Positions 35,469 through 46,321 of a stretch of 64,000 nt of DNA are shown piece after piece (within the stretch, counting starts at the first letter, position 1; every line of letters begins with the position of its first letter). The notes under the pieces are model-generated. The model was not told the origin of the DNA. It worked only from the letters and a program-made list of their open reading frames with translations, and did no database searches. Location: IMG/VR virus record IMGVR_UViG_3300033153_013547, positions 62,001 to 126,000 of that record, one strand, 5' to 3'. A program made the translations under genes and the position numbers.

Positions 35469-36202
35469 TCTTCAGTCACCACTGGCTTGACATTGCCAAC
35501 CAACCAACCATCTTTATTGGCCTGTCCATATAAATATTTGCCTTTTGGCTGTTTCAAATGATAGCAGAAAGAGTCCCTGTGTGTAAACATCTTGATACCA
35601 GCATTCGTCAGTCTCATAGAGAAATTATGATCAGAAGAAACCCCACTTGTTTTTCCACGAGCAACGGCAGTGTATTTTGCAAATGGAAATTCAAGCCACA
35701 AATCTCTCTTGATAGTTGTTATAGAGTAACTTACTAAAAACGTCTCAATAATTTGATTCTTATAATTAACCACTTCATCTAGTTTCAGCAAGTCATAATC
35801 ATCTGCTCTAGGATAATCTTGCTGTTTTAGTGTCACAGGACTTTTGGCCAAACTCACATATTCAGAATCCACATATAGATTACAATATCCTGTAAACACA
35901 TCAAACTTAGACATTTTATCCAATACATTGGTAAATGCTGTTTGATTGAGCACAAGATCATCACTTGTTACAATATAATAATCATAATTGGTATTCTTGA
36001 CATAATCATTGAGCACACCACTTATCTGTAAAGAATTGAAACCAGTAAACCATACTTTCTTGATATTGATGGGCTTTATTGAATCAATTACTCGATCAAT
36101 ACGACGAGGATTCATAATTAGCAAGCAAGCATTATCAATATACGTGTCAGGATATCTGCTAGCAGCAACTTCCTGGCTATAAGAAGGATAAGCAATAAGC
36201 AC
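35465..36202 (-). CDS. GT-A-like glycosyltransferase
   Basis: YDYYIVTSDD, SSDHNFS, CYHLK. Confidence 0.55.
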   Translation of the reverse strand: MLIAYPSYSQEVAASRYPDTYIDNACLLIMNPRRIDRVIDSIKPINIKKVWFTGFNSLQISGVLNDYVKNTNYDYYIVTSDDLVLNQTAFTNVLDKMSKFDVFTGYCNLYVDSEYVSLAKSPVTLKQQDYPRADDYDLLKLDEVVNYKNQIIETFLVSYSITTIKRDLWLEFPFAKYTAVARGKTSGVSSDHNFSMRLTNAGIKMFTHRDSFCYHLKQPKGKYLYGQANKDGWLVGNVKPVVTEE

Positions 36203-37290
36203 TACAACAACCCTCTCAGATGCTGGGACAATCTATTAGCAACGTTTTGTGGATCAAAATCCGACAAATCAAGTTTTGATATATGTTGTCTATACTGATC
36301 TATGTTGTTACATACATCCAATAACTTATTAGACATGGCAGAAACAACATGGGGATCGGCAGGATCAATGGCAAATTTGCTTAACCCCTCTTGACCGCCA
36401 AACACCTCTATATTGGCAGGGGTATTTGTAACAATTGGAATACATCCATGAGCCAGGGATTCGACAATTCTAATACTACCACAAATATTGAAAAGCTTCT
36501 GCCCCTTATGATAGACAAACAAACGTTTTTGATCATACATTGAAAAGGTAACAACACAACGGCGATAATATTTGTATGCTTCTGCCATAGACAAGGGGGT
36601 CATTTTGATGTTCTGGTTTCTGTTAACCGCTTTTAGTATTTGGCCATATACATCGCGATCTTTTACACACGAAGTTCCCACTACCATTTGAGATGGGGTT
36701 AGTTTATCAGACACAGCGCAAAAAGCCTCAATGGCTTCTCTACTAAAGTGATTATTGTTGATAGTATCAAATGTCCCTACACAAAAATCTCTGACCACAG
36801 AAGCATCTTTGGAAGTTACTATACAGGGTTGAACATGTGCGGTAGGCAAAGTCTTCATTTTCAATTTTTGCAAATATGCAATAGTAATTTCATGATAGAG
36901 TTTGCCAACAACAGTAAATCCATCTATCAATGAATAATGATACAAATCCGTAGCCAATAATGACTTGTAATGATCACTATTTTCAAACCATCTTGGATAA
37001 AATTCTAAACAAATTGGTGTATTGGGAAAAGATTTTCTGAGCAAAGGAACAAGATTTGCTCCACGAACATACAAAACATCGGGCTTTATAGATTGAATTT
37101 TCCGTATATTAGGTGCTATCTTGCCATTGATAAGAGAAATGTCTTTGGGAATCTGTTTGATCAGCGCAGAGCAGTTGGCCGCCAAATACGGGGTGGCAAC
37201 CAATTTCATTGCGCGAATAAGGTTGATTGCGCGAGTTAGTGGTCCGTTGAAAAGTCTGTAATTACCATCCAGACAATATATCACTTTCAT
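36202..37290 (-). CDS. GT-B-like glycosyltransferase
   Basis: SIRIVESLAHGCIPIVTN. Confidence 0.65.
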   Translation of the reverse strand: MKVIYCLDGNYRLFNGPLTRAINLIRAMKLVATPYLAANCSALIKQIPKDISLINGKIAPNIRKIQSIKPDVLYVRGANLVPLLRKSFPNTPICLEFYPRWFENSDHYKSLLATDLYHYSLIDGFTVVGKLYHEITIAYLQKLKMKTLPTAHVQPCIVTSKDASVVRDFCVGTFDTINNNHFSREAIEAFCAVSDKLTPSQMVVGTSCVKDRDVYGQILKAVNRNQNIKMTPLSMAEAYKYYRRCVVTFSMYDQKRLFVYHKGQKLFNICGSIRIVESLAHGCIPIVTNTPANIEVFGGQEGLSKFAIDPADPHVVSAMSNKLLDVCNNIDQYRQHISKLDLSDFDPQNVANRLSQHLRGLL

Positions 37291-37452
37291 TTGTCTTGTT
37301 CTTTTCGGGGTGTTCTGGATCTTTGATGCTATTCATTTTTATTTTCATTATGTATTTTATGATGACATGGTACACAAATGGATCATATCCACTTCTTTCT
37401 TTTAATTGCTTATACACAATTCAATCCAGTCAAATAGTATTTGTTTCTTTCT

Positions 37453-38355
37453 CTAGCCATTCTTTTTTCTGCAAGGAATACCCTCTTTTCTCATAATCCT
37501 TATGATATTGGCCTCTGTCATCCCAATCTCATCTGCAATTTCATTAGATGATTTGCCTTTACCCCAGTACTCGCAATATAACCAAGTTTTATCCAAATAT
37601 GGTTTATCGCCATCAATTGTTTGACCCATAGACATTATGGCTTCAAATAACCATTTCATATCATCTGGGACCAATTGATGCATCAGCACAGCATTTGGCT
37701 CAACACAGTGGCCACCACATGCCTCATCATAATGATCCATCACGGGTCTGTTGAATTTCTCAGGCGTCATAACACCTTTATTGTATTCCTTGTTCCATTC
37801 AGTATAAACCACATCAAAGGGCACATCATAATATTCACAAAGTTTATGTACAAACTTTTCAAACAATATGTTCCAGCCATAATAGGTTGTACACATCACC
37901 TTTGTAATTTCTGTGGTTTCTGGAGGACAATCTATAAGGGGCCTGACATTTCTGCATACTGTAGAAAACATGTCAGCCACTTCCATAATTCTGTCTGGAT
38001 CCATTCCACCAATAAACATCGTTATCCTTTTGATGTGTTCTGCCAAATGAGGGTGTTTACCATGGGTAGGTACATGAACTGCCCTGTTTCCCAATTTCCT
38101 CATAGTTCCTGGTGTTAGAGTTGAATGTACAACAATTGTGTGAGGCTTATATTCATCAGCATAATTGTTCACACGTTCAACAAATTTACCATCACCAGCA
38201 TCTGGGAAGGCTATGTGCATGAAATCCACTTGGCCCCACAAAAATTCAATGGGATCTGCATCTCTGATTAAAACAGATGCTCCAGAAATTTCATTCAAAA
38301 TTTCAAAAATAGCAGTTCCAACTTCTCCTGCCCCCACTACAATGTGCTTTGTCAT
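37453..38355 (-). CDS. UDP-sugar dehydrogenase-like protein with C-terminal HTH
   Basis: VVGAGEVG, HSTLTPG, TEITKVMCTTY, GGHCV. Confidence 0.75.
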   Translation of the reverse strand: MTKHIVVGAGEVGTAIFEILNEISGASVLIRDADPIEFLWGQVDFMHIAFPDAGDGKFVERVNNYADEYKPHTIVVHSTLTPGTMRKLGNRAVHVPTHGKHPHLAEHIKRITMFIGGMDPDRIMEVADMFSTVCRNVRPLIDCPPETTEITKVMCTTYYGWNILFEKFVHKLCEYYDVPFDVVYTEWNKEYNKGVMTPEKFNRPVMDHYDEACGGHCVEPNAVLMHQLVPDDMKWLFEAIMSMGQTIDGDKPYLDKTWLYCEYWGKGKSSNEIADEIGMTEANIIRIMRKEGIPCRKKNG

Positions 38356-39362
38356 TGTTGCTCCATCAACCTTTTTACCAACCCAACATCTGTATACCCA
38401 TGGTTTAGGGCAAATAATCTACCCTGCTGGGCAATTTTTTCTCTTTCTTTATCATGGATTAGATAATGTTTTATTAGTTTTATACACTCATCATTGGTTT
38501 TGAACCAAACAAGGTGCTCACCATTCTTGAACATCTTTTCAAATCCAGGTTTATATTTGATCAAAACAAAACTACCAGACAGCATGGCATTGGCTGTTCT
38601 TATACTGGTAGCCATTGGTAGCTTCCCTATATCATGGCATAAAGTTATTTTAGACTGATTGAAGATCTTGTTGCACTGAGTAAATTTAGCAATGCTTTTA
38701 TCCCCACTATTGTTACCTAAAAATATACCACCAATCTTGGCCCAATCTTTTGATCCAAGTAAAGCAATTTTTACACCAGGCAATTTGGGAATAATGTATT
38801 TTAGCCACTGTATTCTTTCTTGCAAAAAATCAGCAGAGGGCTTGTTATATGACTGCCCCACAAAATTGACATCATAAATTTTGTTAGTATTTATTGGTTT
38901 GAAATATGTGGTTAGTCCAGGAGGATAACAGTAAGTGGCATTGACTACAGCATCAACAGCAAGCTTATCTGATACTAACAGTATTTTGGCATGCTTACCA
39001 ATTGTTTTTAGATCAGCAATAAAACTTGATTTCCAGCCTATGCTGGCATCACTATAGAAGACTCTTATGGTCAGTTTTGGTGCTTTCTTTTTCAGTCTAG
39101 GCAATATTTGACAATACTTTCTAATAGTGCTTCTGTTCATGTGTATTGCTAAATCTGAACAGCCACGAGTCAAATGAACAATTTGTTTTGTAATTTTGTC
39201 ATAGTCAGTAGATTTTAATATCCAACGAATCGAGCAATATTTAAGCCCACAAGAATCTGTTCTTCCATTCAAAAAACAAAAGCTATGATCAGATAAGTTC
39301 GCTATATGTTTATACATATTGGCGGTGATTGGAATTAGTGGTATAACCGCAACTTTGGGCAT
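38352..39362 (-). CDS. CgeB-like GT-B glycosyltransferase
   Basis: YDVNFVG, SKITL, SIRT..AMLSGSF, FKNGEHLVWF, EREKIAQQG. Confidence 0.8.
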   Translation of the reverse strand: MPKVAVIPLIPITANMYKHIANLSDHSFCFLNGRTDSCGLKYCSIRWILKSTDYDKITKQIVHLTRGCSDLAIHMNRSTIRKYCQILPRLKKKAPKLTIRVFYSDASIGWKSSFIADLKTIGKHAKILLVSDKLAVDAVVNATYCYPPGLTTYFKPINTNKIYDVNFVGQSYNKPSADFLQERIQWLKYIIPKLPGVKIALLGSKDWAKIGGIFLGNNSGDKSIAKFTQCNKIFNQSKITLCHDIGKLPMATSIRTANAMLSGSFVLIKYKPGFEKMFKNGEHLVWFKTNDECIKLIKHYLIHDKEREKIAQQGRLFALNHGYTDVGLVKRLMEQQ

Positions 39363-40201
39363 TATGACATAATCTCCACGTCTAAAAAAGTAGGGCTCAA
39401 GGATTTTATAGATGTACCTTTATTTTTGATAGACTGTAGCAGCCCACTGAATGCTTGTGTATTAACCCACACTTTCTGTCCATCACCACGAAAGTGTATG
39501 TTTTTGTTTAAAGATCCATCATAGTAAGTATCTCCAGACATATCTATTCCACACAGAATTATTTCTTTAGCTCCTCCATAATAAGCAGCCTGCACAGCAC
39601 ATCCAGCAATAGTTGCTCCACCCCTCAAGATTTTGGGTATTAGCATAGAATCTGCTACGGACACAGATGGAGATGCAATAAAAGTGTATTCACAAGGGTA
39701 TCTTGTTATGACGGATCGACTAAACAATCTAGGAACATTATAGGTCATAGCTGTGTTCCACCAGTCTTTTTGGGAAGCACGGTAGTCAAAAACCATCCAT
39801 ATGTTGGACGAAGGCCTGATCATTATTCCTTGATTGACAGCAATGACAAAAGCATCTTGTGGTATCTTGTCATAAAAAGGCTTGCCATTTGGCCCTGTAG
39901 CTAAAATATACACCGTTTCTGGTATAATTTTGATGAGATCAGAACTAAAAAAATCTACAGCTTTACTATTGACTGGCTTGAAAGTTTGTCCTCTTTGTCC
40001 TCTGATTCTGTGTCTGGGCTTCCCAAGAACGAGGCTTTTTTGGGGTTTGGGTTGTATTGCTGTTCTTTTTACAACGTTTTTTTTGGAATTACTGGTATAA
40101 CGACGATTGGCAACACGTTTCTGAGCCTTCTTTTGATTTTGAGGTCGAGAAACTATTCGTGTTTTTCTGGTACCACTTGTGAAATTGCTGCTTCTTCTCA
40201 T
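39362..40201 (-). CDS. Maf/GT42-like (MptE-like fold) putative sugar transferase with basic N-terminal extension
   Basis: ILATGPN, VIAVN, GAKEIILCGIDM. Confidence 0.6.
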   Translation of the reverse strand: MRRSSNFTSGTRKTRIVSRPQNQKKAQKRVANRRYTSNSKKNVVKRTAIQPKPQKSLVLGKPRHRIRGQRGQTFKPVNSKAVDFFSSDLIKIIPETVYILATGPNGKPFYDKIPQDAFVIAVNQGIMIRPSSNIWMVFDYRASQKDWWNTAMTYNVPRLFSRSVITRYPCEYTFIASPSVSVADSMLIPKILRGGATIAGCAVQAAYYGGAKEIILCGIDMSGDTYYDGSLNKNIHFRGDGQKVWVNTQAFSGLLQSIKNKGTSIKSLSPTFLDVEIMS

Positions 40202-40464
40202 AATTGACCTAAATAATTATAAGTAAAATTTTCCTAAAGGACAGGATCTAATATGAAATCTACAAAAACAATCAGACAAGGGATTCTTGTGATGGGAATC
40301 TTATTTTCTGTATATTGCTTGATATGTTATATGAAAAATAGACGACCACACCCTGCAGCACTCAATTTGTATAAAATATTGACCAACATACTTAAACTTA
40401 TTCTTGAATTCTCATAACCAATAACTAATAGAAATAAAACAAATACTGTTGTTATGAGATATAC

Positions 40465-40917
40465 ATGCTCCACCATAATCTTGCTAATAAATCAGAAAGT
40501 CACATCAGACTACAAACAATACGTGCACTAAAAAACATGAAATCAGGCTGGATCATTTCTGACAAGTTCTACACGTATACTAATAATTATGATCAATGCA
40601 TATGTATCTTCAATAATAAAACATATATTTTAAATATCAATGATCTCCATGTTCCCATGAGTTGTATTTATGATTTGTCTTCTGAAAAGAACATAAACTG
40701 TTATCAGGCCATAGCAGAAATCATTATAGAACATATCAATAGTGTAAAAACACTTTTGAATACAATTGTTATAGCCAGTAGCAAAAAACATCTATCTACT
40801 AATAAAAACCGCAATTTAGGGTTGGTTTTAGTACGTACAGAAGTGTTCAAAAATTTCTTTCCAAATGATGATGGATTGAATATTTTGTATGCAGATACAA
40901 TAAATGAACATCTATAA
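40465..40917 (+). CDS. hypothetical protein
   Basis: 150-aa ORF. Confidence 0.55.
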   Translation: MLHHNLANKSESHIRLQTIRALKNMKSGWIISDKFYTYTNNYDQCICIFNNKTYILNINDLHVPMSCIYDLSSEKNINCYQAIAEIIIEHINSVKTLLNTIVIASSKKHLSTNKNRNLGLVLVRTEVFKNFFPNDDGLNILYADTINEHL

Positions 40918-40956
40918 CAGCACTTATAATTAATTAACAAAGAATTTGGAAAAACC

Positions 40957-41139
40957 ATGTCAAAAGACAGAAAAGACATTATAATTATTGATACTGATAG
41001 AGATTGTTTTGACGACGCCATTTACATACACTGCATAAAGTGTGGAAAAAGATATAAACTTAGCCCAAAATGTCTGATACCTAATGTGTGTCCAGATTGT
41101 GCTAAATTAGACGTAGATCAAGACTTGGAGAACCAGTAG
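40957..41139 (+). CDS. small zinc-ribbon protein
   Basis: CIKC...CPDC. Confidence 0.6.
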   Translation: MSKDRKDIIIIDTDRDCFDDAIYIHCIKCGKRYKLSPKCLIPNVCPDCAKLDVDQDLENQ

Positions 41140-41224
41140 TTCTTCCTCTAAAATACAATAAATATAGATCTTTCAAGGTAATAAATATCACCACAACTTA
41201 CTTTGTTTAGGAGGACAAAATTAC

Positions 41225-44200
41225 GTGTATGAACCAGAGAAAACCAAACCTTTCAGATTATCTGAAAGGTTTTTAGAAAAATATAAAAATACCAAACCAC
41301 CCTTTGGTTTCAATGGACTTGGAGAATTTATTTACCGAAGGACCTACTCGCGAATCAAGCCATCAGATGGAACCAATGAAGAATGGTGGGAGACTATACA
41401 GCGTGTTGTAGAAGGCACGTATAATATGCAAAAGAGACATGTGGAATTTTATACACTGAAATGGAATGCTCATCAAGCCCAATATAGTGCCCAAGAAATG
41501 TATGACAGAATGTTCCACATGAAGTTTCTTCCAAGTGGGAGGGGTCTTTGGGCCATGGGCAGCCCCATCATTGAAGAACGAGGAATGCATATGGCTCTGT
41601 CTTCATGTGCCATGATAAGCACTGCAAATATCAAAGATGATCCAGCCAAGCCATTCTGTTTCTTGATGGATGTATCAATGCTTGGGGTTGGATCAGGTTT
41701 TTCTACAGATGGCGCTGGCAAAATTACAATCAAAGGGCCAAGTGATACCAGAAAACCAGAAGTTTTCATTATACCAGATACCAGAGAAGGATGGGTTGAA
41801 TCAGTAAAATTACTGTTAGAATCATATTTCTTTGGGACAGGCAAAATAGAATTTGATTATACAAAGATACGACAAATTGGTGAACCAATACGAGGATTTG
41901 GGGGCGTCAGTTCTGGTTACAAACCACTGGAAAAATTACACCAAACACTTAGGCAAATATTGGATAAAGAAATAGACAACCCCATTAGCGTAACCACCAT
42001 CGTAGATATTATGAATTTGATTGGCCAGTGTGTAGTATCTGGCAATGTCAGAAGATGTTTGCCACAAGGCACTCTTGTTCACACCAAAAAAGGGCTTCTA
42101 AAAATAGAGGATCTCAAAGCCGGGATGATGGCCAAAACATCTACTGGCTATGATAAAATAACAGAAGTTGTGTATCAGGGGAAGCAAAACACAATAACAA
42201 TACAGACAATTATTGGCGACTTAAAATGTACCCCCAAACACAGAGTAGCAAAACTTACATCTCCTACAGAATATACTTGGGTATATGCAAAAGATCTAAA
42301 AGAAAATGATTTACTGGTTTTTGTTGCTTCTGAAACAGATGGCATAAAAACCAAATTACCAGACTGGACTTACGAGAAACCCAAACATTCTACTACATGT
42401 AAAGACATAACCATTCCAGATCTCGATCATGATATGGCTTGGTTTTTCGGCTTATTACATGGTGACGGGTATGTGGCCCCTAACTTTGATAAAAACGGAT
42501 TCAATGCGCACATTTCTGTCGCATGCGCCCCAGATAATAACGAGATTGTACTCAGATGTAGAGAGCAGATCAAGAGATTTGGCGTAAATATCAATATTGT
42601 ACCACCAAAAATAGGCGATAGATCCACCAAAATTAGATCACAATCTAAGCAATTGGCATGGTATCTATCACAATTCAAGATGCCAAGAGAACCTATTGTA
42701 ATCCCTGATTTTATAATGAATGGTAAAACAGATTTGCGGGCGGCATACTTGGCTGGACTTTTAGATGCTGATGGTTGTGTAAAAAGCAGTCCAATAATTC
42801 TTGTAACAACAATATATGAGCACTTTCTTTACCAAGTCCAATCATTATATGCCAGCCTTGGTATACCAACCAGAATTAGATATTTCAAATCTATGAATGG
42901 ATGGAAACCCAAATATGCTCTGCATTTGGTTGGCAAATACCCCAAGGCAAGGTTTATGGAAATTGTGGCCCCACATTCGTCTAAGCAAACACAAATAAAT
43001 TACACAAGAGGATCGCAAAATGACTATGGCTATCCCATGTCTTGGGCAAACAACAAAATGAGAAGGACAGCGGGATATTATGCTAAACAAATTACTCAGT
43101 TCACCTATCAACGGTTATCTGGCAATTTTACAAATATCACACCAATCAGGGTAAATAATGTTGTATTTACTAACAAAAAATCAGAGACGTGGGATATCTC
43201 TGTAGAATCCCAACACGAATTTGTTATAGATAGGGGCTTATTGGTCCACAACACAGCTCTGATCACCTTTGGAGATCCAGAATCACAAGAATATGTTGAT
43301 CTCAAAAACCCCAAAGTCAATCCAGAAAGATGTGGAGATAATGGGTGGGCATGGACATCTAATAACTCTGTTTGCGCAAGACTTGGAATGGATTATTCTA
43401 AGGTGTCTAAAAGAACGGTCGCCAATGGTGAGCCAGGTTACATATGGTTAGATAATGCTCGTGGTTACTCAAGAATGAACAATGGCCCAGACAATAAAGA
43501 TCATAGGGTTGTAGGCACAAACCCGTGTTCGGAACAATTTTTGGAATCATATGAACTTTGCTGTTTAGTAGAGGCCTTTCCTTGTAATAATGAATCCAAA
43601 GAAGATTTTCTAAGAACACTCAAATATGCATATCTGTATGCCAAAACCGTAACCCTTGGCCAAACACATTGGCCAGAAACAAATGGGGTTATGCTTCGTA
43701 ATAGAAGAATAGGAACATCATTGAGTGGTATCCAACAATTTATTGCCAAACACAACATAGACATTCTAAAAGAATGGTGCGAAGACGGGTACAACGAAAT
43801 CAAGCGCTGGGACCGCGTATATTCCGATTGGCTTGGCATACCAAGATCCATAAAAATCTCAACAGTAAAACCGAGTGGCTCAATTTCATTACTTGCTGGC
43901 GCAACAGCTGGCATTCACTTCCCAGAGGGCAGATATTTTGTCAAACGAGTACGCATAGCCAAAAACAGTCCGCTAATCGCCCCCTTGAGAAAGGCTGGTT
44001 ACCCAATAGAAGATGACGTAAACAATGAATATGCATTTGTTGTTGAGTTCCCTGTAGATGTTGGTAAAAACGTAAGAAGCGTCAAAAATGTTTCTGCTTG
44101 GGAAAAAACGTCGATGGCAGCATTCATGCAGCACTATTGGTCGGACAATGCCGTATCAACAACAGTAGATTTTGATCCAGAAACAGAGGGAGACCAAATA

Positions 44201-44446
44201 GAAAGAATATTGGACATGTATCAATATCAGTTGAAGGCAATCTCTTTTCTTCCAAGAATGGCAGAAGGAGCATACCCCCAAATGCCTCAAGAAGCCATAA
44301 CAGAAGAAGAATACAAACAAAGAAGCAAGAAGCTAAAGCCAGTAAAATATAACAAGATTATAACAAAAGTAGAAGCTGAACATGGTTGCACAACAGATTA
44401 TTGTGAAATAAAGGATTTTGAGAAAAATAAAAACAATGAACAATGA
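41225..44446 (+). CDS. nrdJ: class II (B12-dependent, monomeric RTPR-type) ribonucleotide reductase with intein
   Basis: RTYSR, PSGRGLW, GNVRR|..|TA, WTSNNS, GEPG, TNPCSEQ, TVKPSGS, C-terminal CTTDYC. Confidence 0.93.
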   Translation: MYEPEKTKPFRLSERFLEKYKNTKPPFGFNGLGEFIYRRTYSRIKPSDGTNEEWWETIQRVVEGTYNMQKRHVEFYTLKWNAHQAQYSAQEMYDRMFHMKFLPSGRGLWAMGSPIIEERGMHMALSSCAMISTANIKDDPAKPFCFLMDVSMLGVGSGFSTDGAGKITIKGPSDTRKPEVFIIPDTREGWVESVKLLLESYFFGTGKIEFDYTKIRQIGEPIRGFGGVSSGYKPLEKLHQTLRQILDKEIDNPISVTTIVDIMNLIGQCVVSGNVRRCLPQGTLVHTKKGLLKIEDLKAGMMAKTSTGYDKITEVVYQGKQNTITIQTIIGDLKCTPKHRVAKLTSPTEYTWVYAKDLKENDLLVFVASETDGIKTKLPDWTYEKPKHSTTCKDITIPDLDHDMAWFFGLLHGDGYVAPNFDKNGFNAHISVACAPDNNEIVLRCREQIKRFGVNINIVPPKIGDRSTKIRSQSKQLAWYLSQFKMPREPIVIPDFIMNGKTDLRAAYLAGLLDADGCVKSSPIILVTTIYEHFLYQVQSLYASLGIPTRIRYFKSMNGWKPKYALHLVGKYPKARFMEIVAPHSSKQTQINYTRGSQNDYGYPMSWANNKMRRTAGYYAKQITQFTYQRLSGNFTNITPIRVNNVVFTNKKSETWDISVESQHEFVIDRGLLVHNTALITFGDPESQEYVDLKNPKVNPERCGDNGWAWTSNNSVCARLGMDYSKVSKRTVANGEPGYIWLDNARGYSRMNNGPDNKDHRVVGTNPCSEQFLESYELCCLVEAFPCNNESKEDFLRTLKYAYLYAKTVTLGQTHWPETNGVMLRNRRIGTSLSGIQQFIAKHNIDILKEWCEDGYNEIKRWDRVYSDWLGIPRSIKISTVKPSGSISLLAGATAGIHFPEGRYFVKRVRIAKNSPLIAPLRKAGYPIEDDVNNEYAFVVEFPVDVGKNVRSVKNVSAWEKTSMAAFMQHYWSDNAVSTTVDFDPETEGDQIERILDMYQYQLKAISFLPRMAEGAYPQMPQEAITEEEYKQRSKKLKPVKYNKIITKVEAEHGCTTDYCEIKDFEKNKNNEQ
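42056..43252 (+). mobile_element. intein with LAGLIDADG homing endonuclease (399 aa)
   Basis: CLPQGT...TPKHR...GLLHGDG...YLAGLLDADG...LLVHN followed by Thr. Confidence 0.93.
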
Positions 44447-44464
44447 GCAGGTGGTGAGATACAA

Positions 44465-44791
44465 TCATTCTTCCTCTATGTACACTTTGCCATTGATCCA
44501 AATTTTCTTTAGTACAGTAACAATGGTTCTTCGTGGAACGCAGGTGTTATCTATAACTAAGATAACATCTGCATATTCAATATAGGTATTGTGTTTAGCC
44601 TTGGATTTTTTGATATATTTGATGATATCACGCAAGTCTCTATATGTCTTACATTCACCATTGGTAAAAACAACACTAACAATGTTTTCTACCAGATCAG
44701 AGCTAACACAGAATCTCTCCATGATTCTCAGTAGAGCATGATCTGTTACATCTAATTGCTCATCAGAAGGTAGGGTGATTGTTATCATCAA
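44465..44791 (-). CDS. hypothetical protein
   Basis: VTDHALLRIMER and TIVTV motifs; isolated opposite-strand gene. Confidence 0.6.
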   Translation of the reverse strand: MMITITLPSDEQLDVTDHALLRIMERFCVSSDLVENIVSVVFTNGECKTYRDLRDIIKYIKKSKAKHNTYIEYADVILVIDNTCVPRRTIVTVLKKIWINGKVYIEEE

Positions 44792-44812
44792 TTGTTTTAT
44801 TAGGAGAGTTTT

Positions 44813-45670
44813 ATGTATCGATTTTTAGTGTTGAGCAAAGAATTTGAGGGTTCATCCAAAATATCTAAAACATGGTCACCCTACTGGAAATTATTGTATA
44901 ATTGTGTTAGTCAAGAATTTGCCAACAAAATAAGCTGTGAAATTATAGACATAGAACAATTGCTATCAACAAATTTAGGTATTTATACTATAAGCAATAT
45001 CATTATCAACAAATGCCAAAATAATTATAGCAATACCATAGTAGATTTCATTGTAGTTACTAATACTAAATATTTAGACATATTTAGCCAAAACAAATTA
45101 GCAATATTAAAAAAACTTAATATAAAGATCATATCTCTAGACAAACCAGACAAAAGATGTGATGGAGGATTCAACTCATTTGATCCTCATATGTTGGTCA
45201 ATACTGGGATCTTTGTTCCCAAGGTGGCTTTGCCTAATTTTTCTAAATCTATCAGTTTTATATATTGTTACAATGAAAAAGAAAGCACACCCCTTATATT
45301 AGAACAACTACAAAAAAATGAAGATATTATCATTGTTGATATCAATAACATATATAATATGCACTTATTTACAGAAACCAAGCAAATAGCATGGATGGAA
45401 AGATCTCCAGATCAACTAGCAAATTTATACAACTTTGGCGCAGACGTTGTCATTACAGACAAAACAAACACATACGACGTTGCAGCTTGTAGAAAGCCCC
45501 AAATCAACATCCACGAAATAAGCGATAACATACAAAAAGAACTAAATACTATTAGAAACAGCCAAGAACGCCAACAAGCACTCCTTGAACAGACTAATAA
45601 TCTATATGAATCTGTTGGTAACAGGGCAACAGACAATCTGTTGCACAAATTAGCAACAAGTCTTCAGTGA
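44813..45670 (+). CDS. hypothetical protein
   Basis: AGGAG SD; 285 aa. Confidence 0.7.
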   Translation: MYRFLVLSKEFEGSSKISKTWSPYWKLLYNCVSQEFANKISCEIIDIEQLLSTNLGIYTISNIIINKCQNNYSNTIVDFIVVTNTKYLDIFSQNKLAILKKLNIKIISLDKPDKRCDGGFNSFDPHMLVNTGIFVPKVALPNFSKSISFIYCYNEKESTPLILEQLQKNEDIIIVDINNIYNMHLFTETKQIAWMERSPDQLANLYNFGADVVITDKTNTYDVAACRKPQINIHEISDNIQKELNTIRNSQERQQALLEQTNNLYESVGNRATDNLLHKLATSLQ

Positions 45671-45671
45671 G

Positions 45672-45890
45672 TTGAACAATATGTCTAATAACGGAAAACA
45701 AACACCACCCCTTTGGCTTCCCAGGGGTAGCGTTAGGGCATTGCTTGCTATTTTCACAACCTTTGCATTTTTGTTTTTGATAATAATGCATCCTAGTAAC
45801 ATTGCTCAAGATGGGGTTTTGGCTACTCTTGTGGTAGTCATTTGGGAACGCTATTTTCAAGCAAGAGGACAAAGCAACCCTAAAACATAG
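45672..45890 (+). CDS. small two-TM membrane protein (holin-like possible)
   Basis: PLWLPRGSVRA then two hydrophobic segments. Confidence 0.55.
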   Translation: MNNMSNNGKQTPPLWLPRGSVRALLAIFTTFAFLFLIIMHPSNIAQDGVLATLVVVIWERYFQARGQSNPKT

Positions 45891-45914
45891 CATCACCAAG
45901 TAAGGAGAAACAAC

Positions 45915-46313
45915 ATGTCTATAAAAATGAATTTGTTTGAGGAAAAAGAATTCAGCATGGGAATGCCTAATATTGATACCAGGACAAATATTGTGGCAAT
46001 GGAAAATGCCAATATTACATCAGAAGGAACAACTCAATTAATTGAGTTTCCTGGTTATCTATCTGGCATTGTTGTGTTTGATAACTCTAATGGAAGTGCT
46101 GACGTTAGAGTAGAGTTATGGGACCTGAACCCCAATAATGCTGACTGTGTCACAAACATGATTATTGTTGCCAATGTACCAGCAGGATCAATATACTATG
46201 CACCCTATGGAAGCACCAAATTATTATTCTATGAACTCTGGTGCACAACAACAATAACAAGCAGCACTGATCTTGCTGTTGACTTAACTTTACTTATTCC
46301 TGTCAATTATTAG
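45915..46313 (+). CDS. putative virion protein
   Basis: AAGGAG SD; beta-rich composition; starts the structural run. Confidence 0.6.
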   Translation: MSIKMNLFEEKEFSMGMPNIDTRTNIVAMENANITSEGTTQLIEFPGYLSGIVVFDNSNGSADVRVELWDLNPNNADCVTNMIIVANVPAGSIYYAPYGSTKLLFYELWCTTTITSSTDLAVDLTLLIPVNY

Positions 46314-46321
46314 GGGCATAA

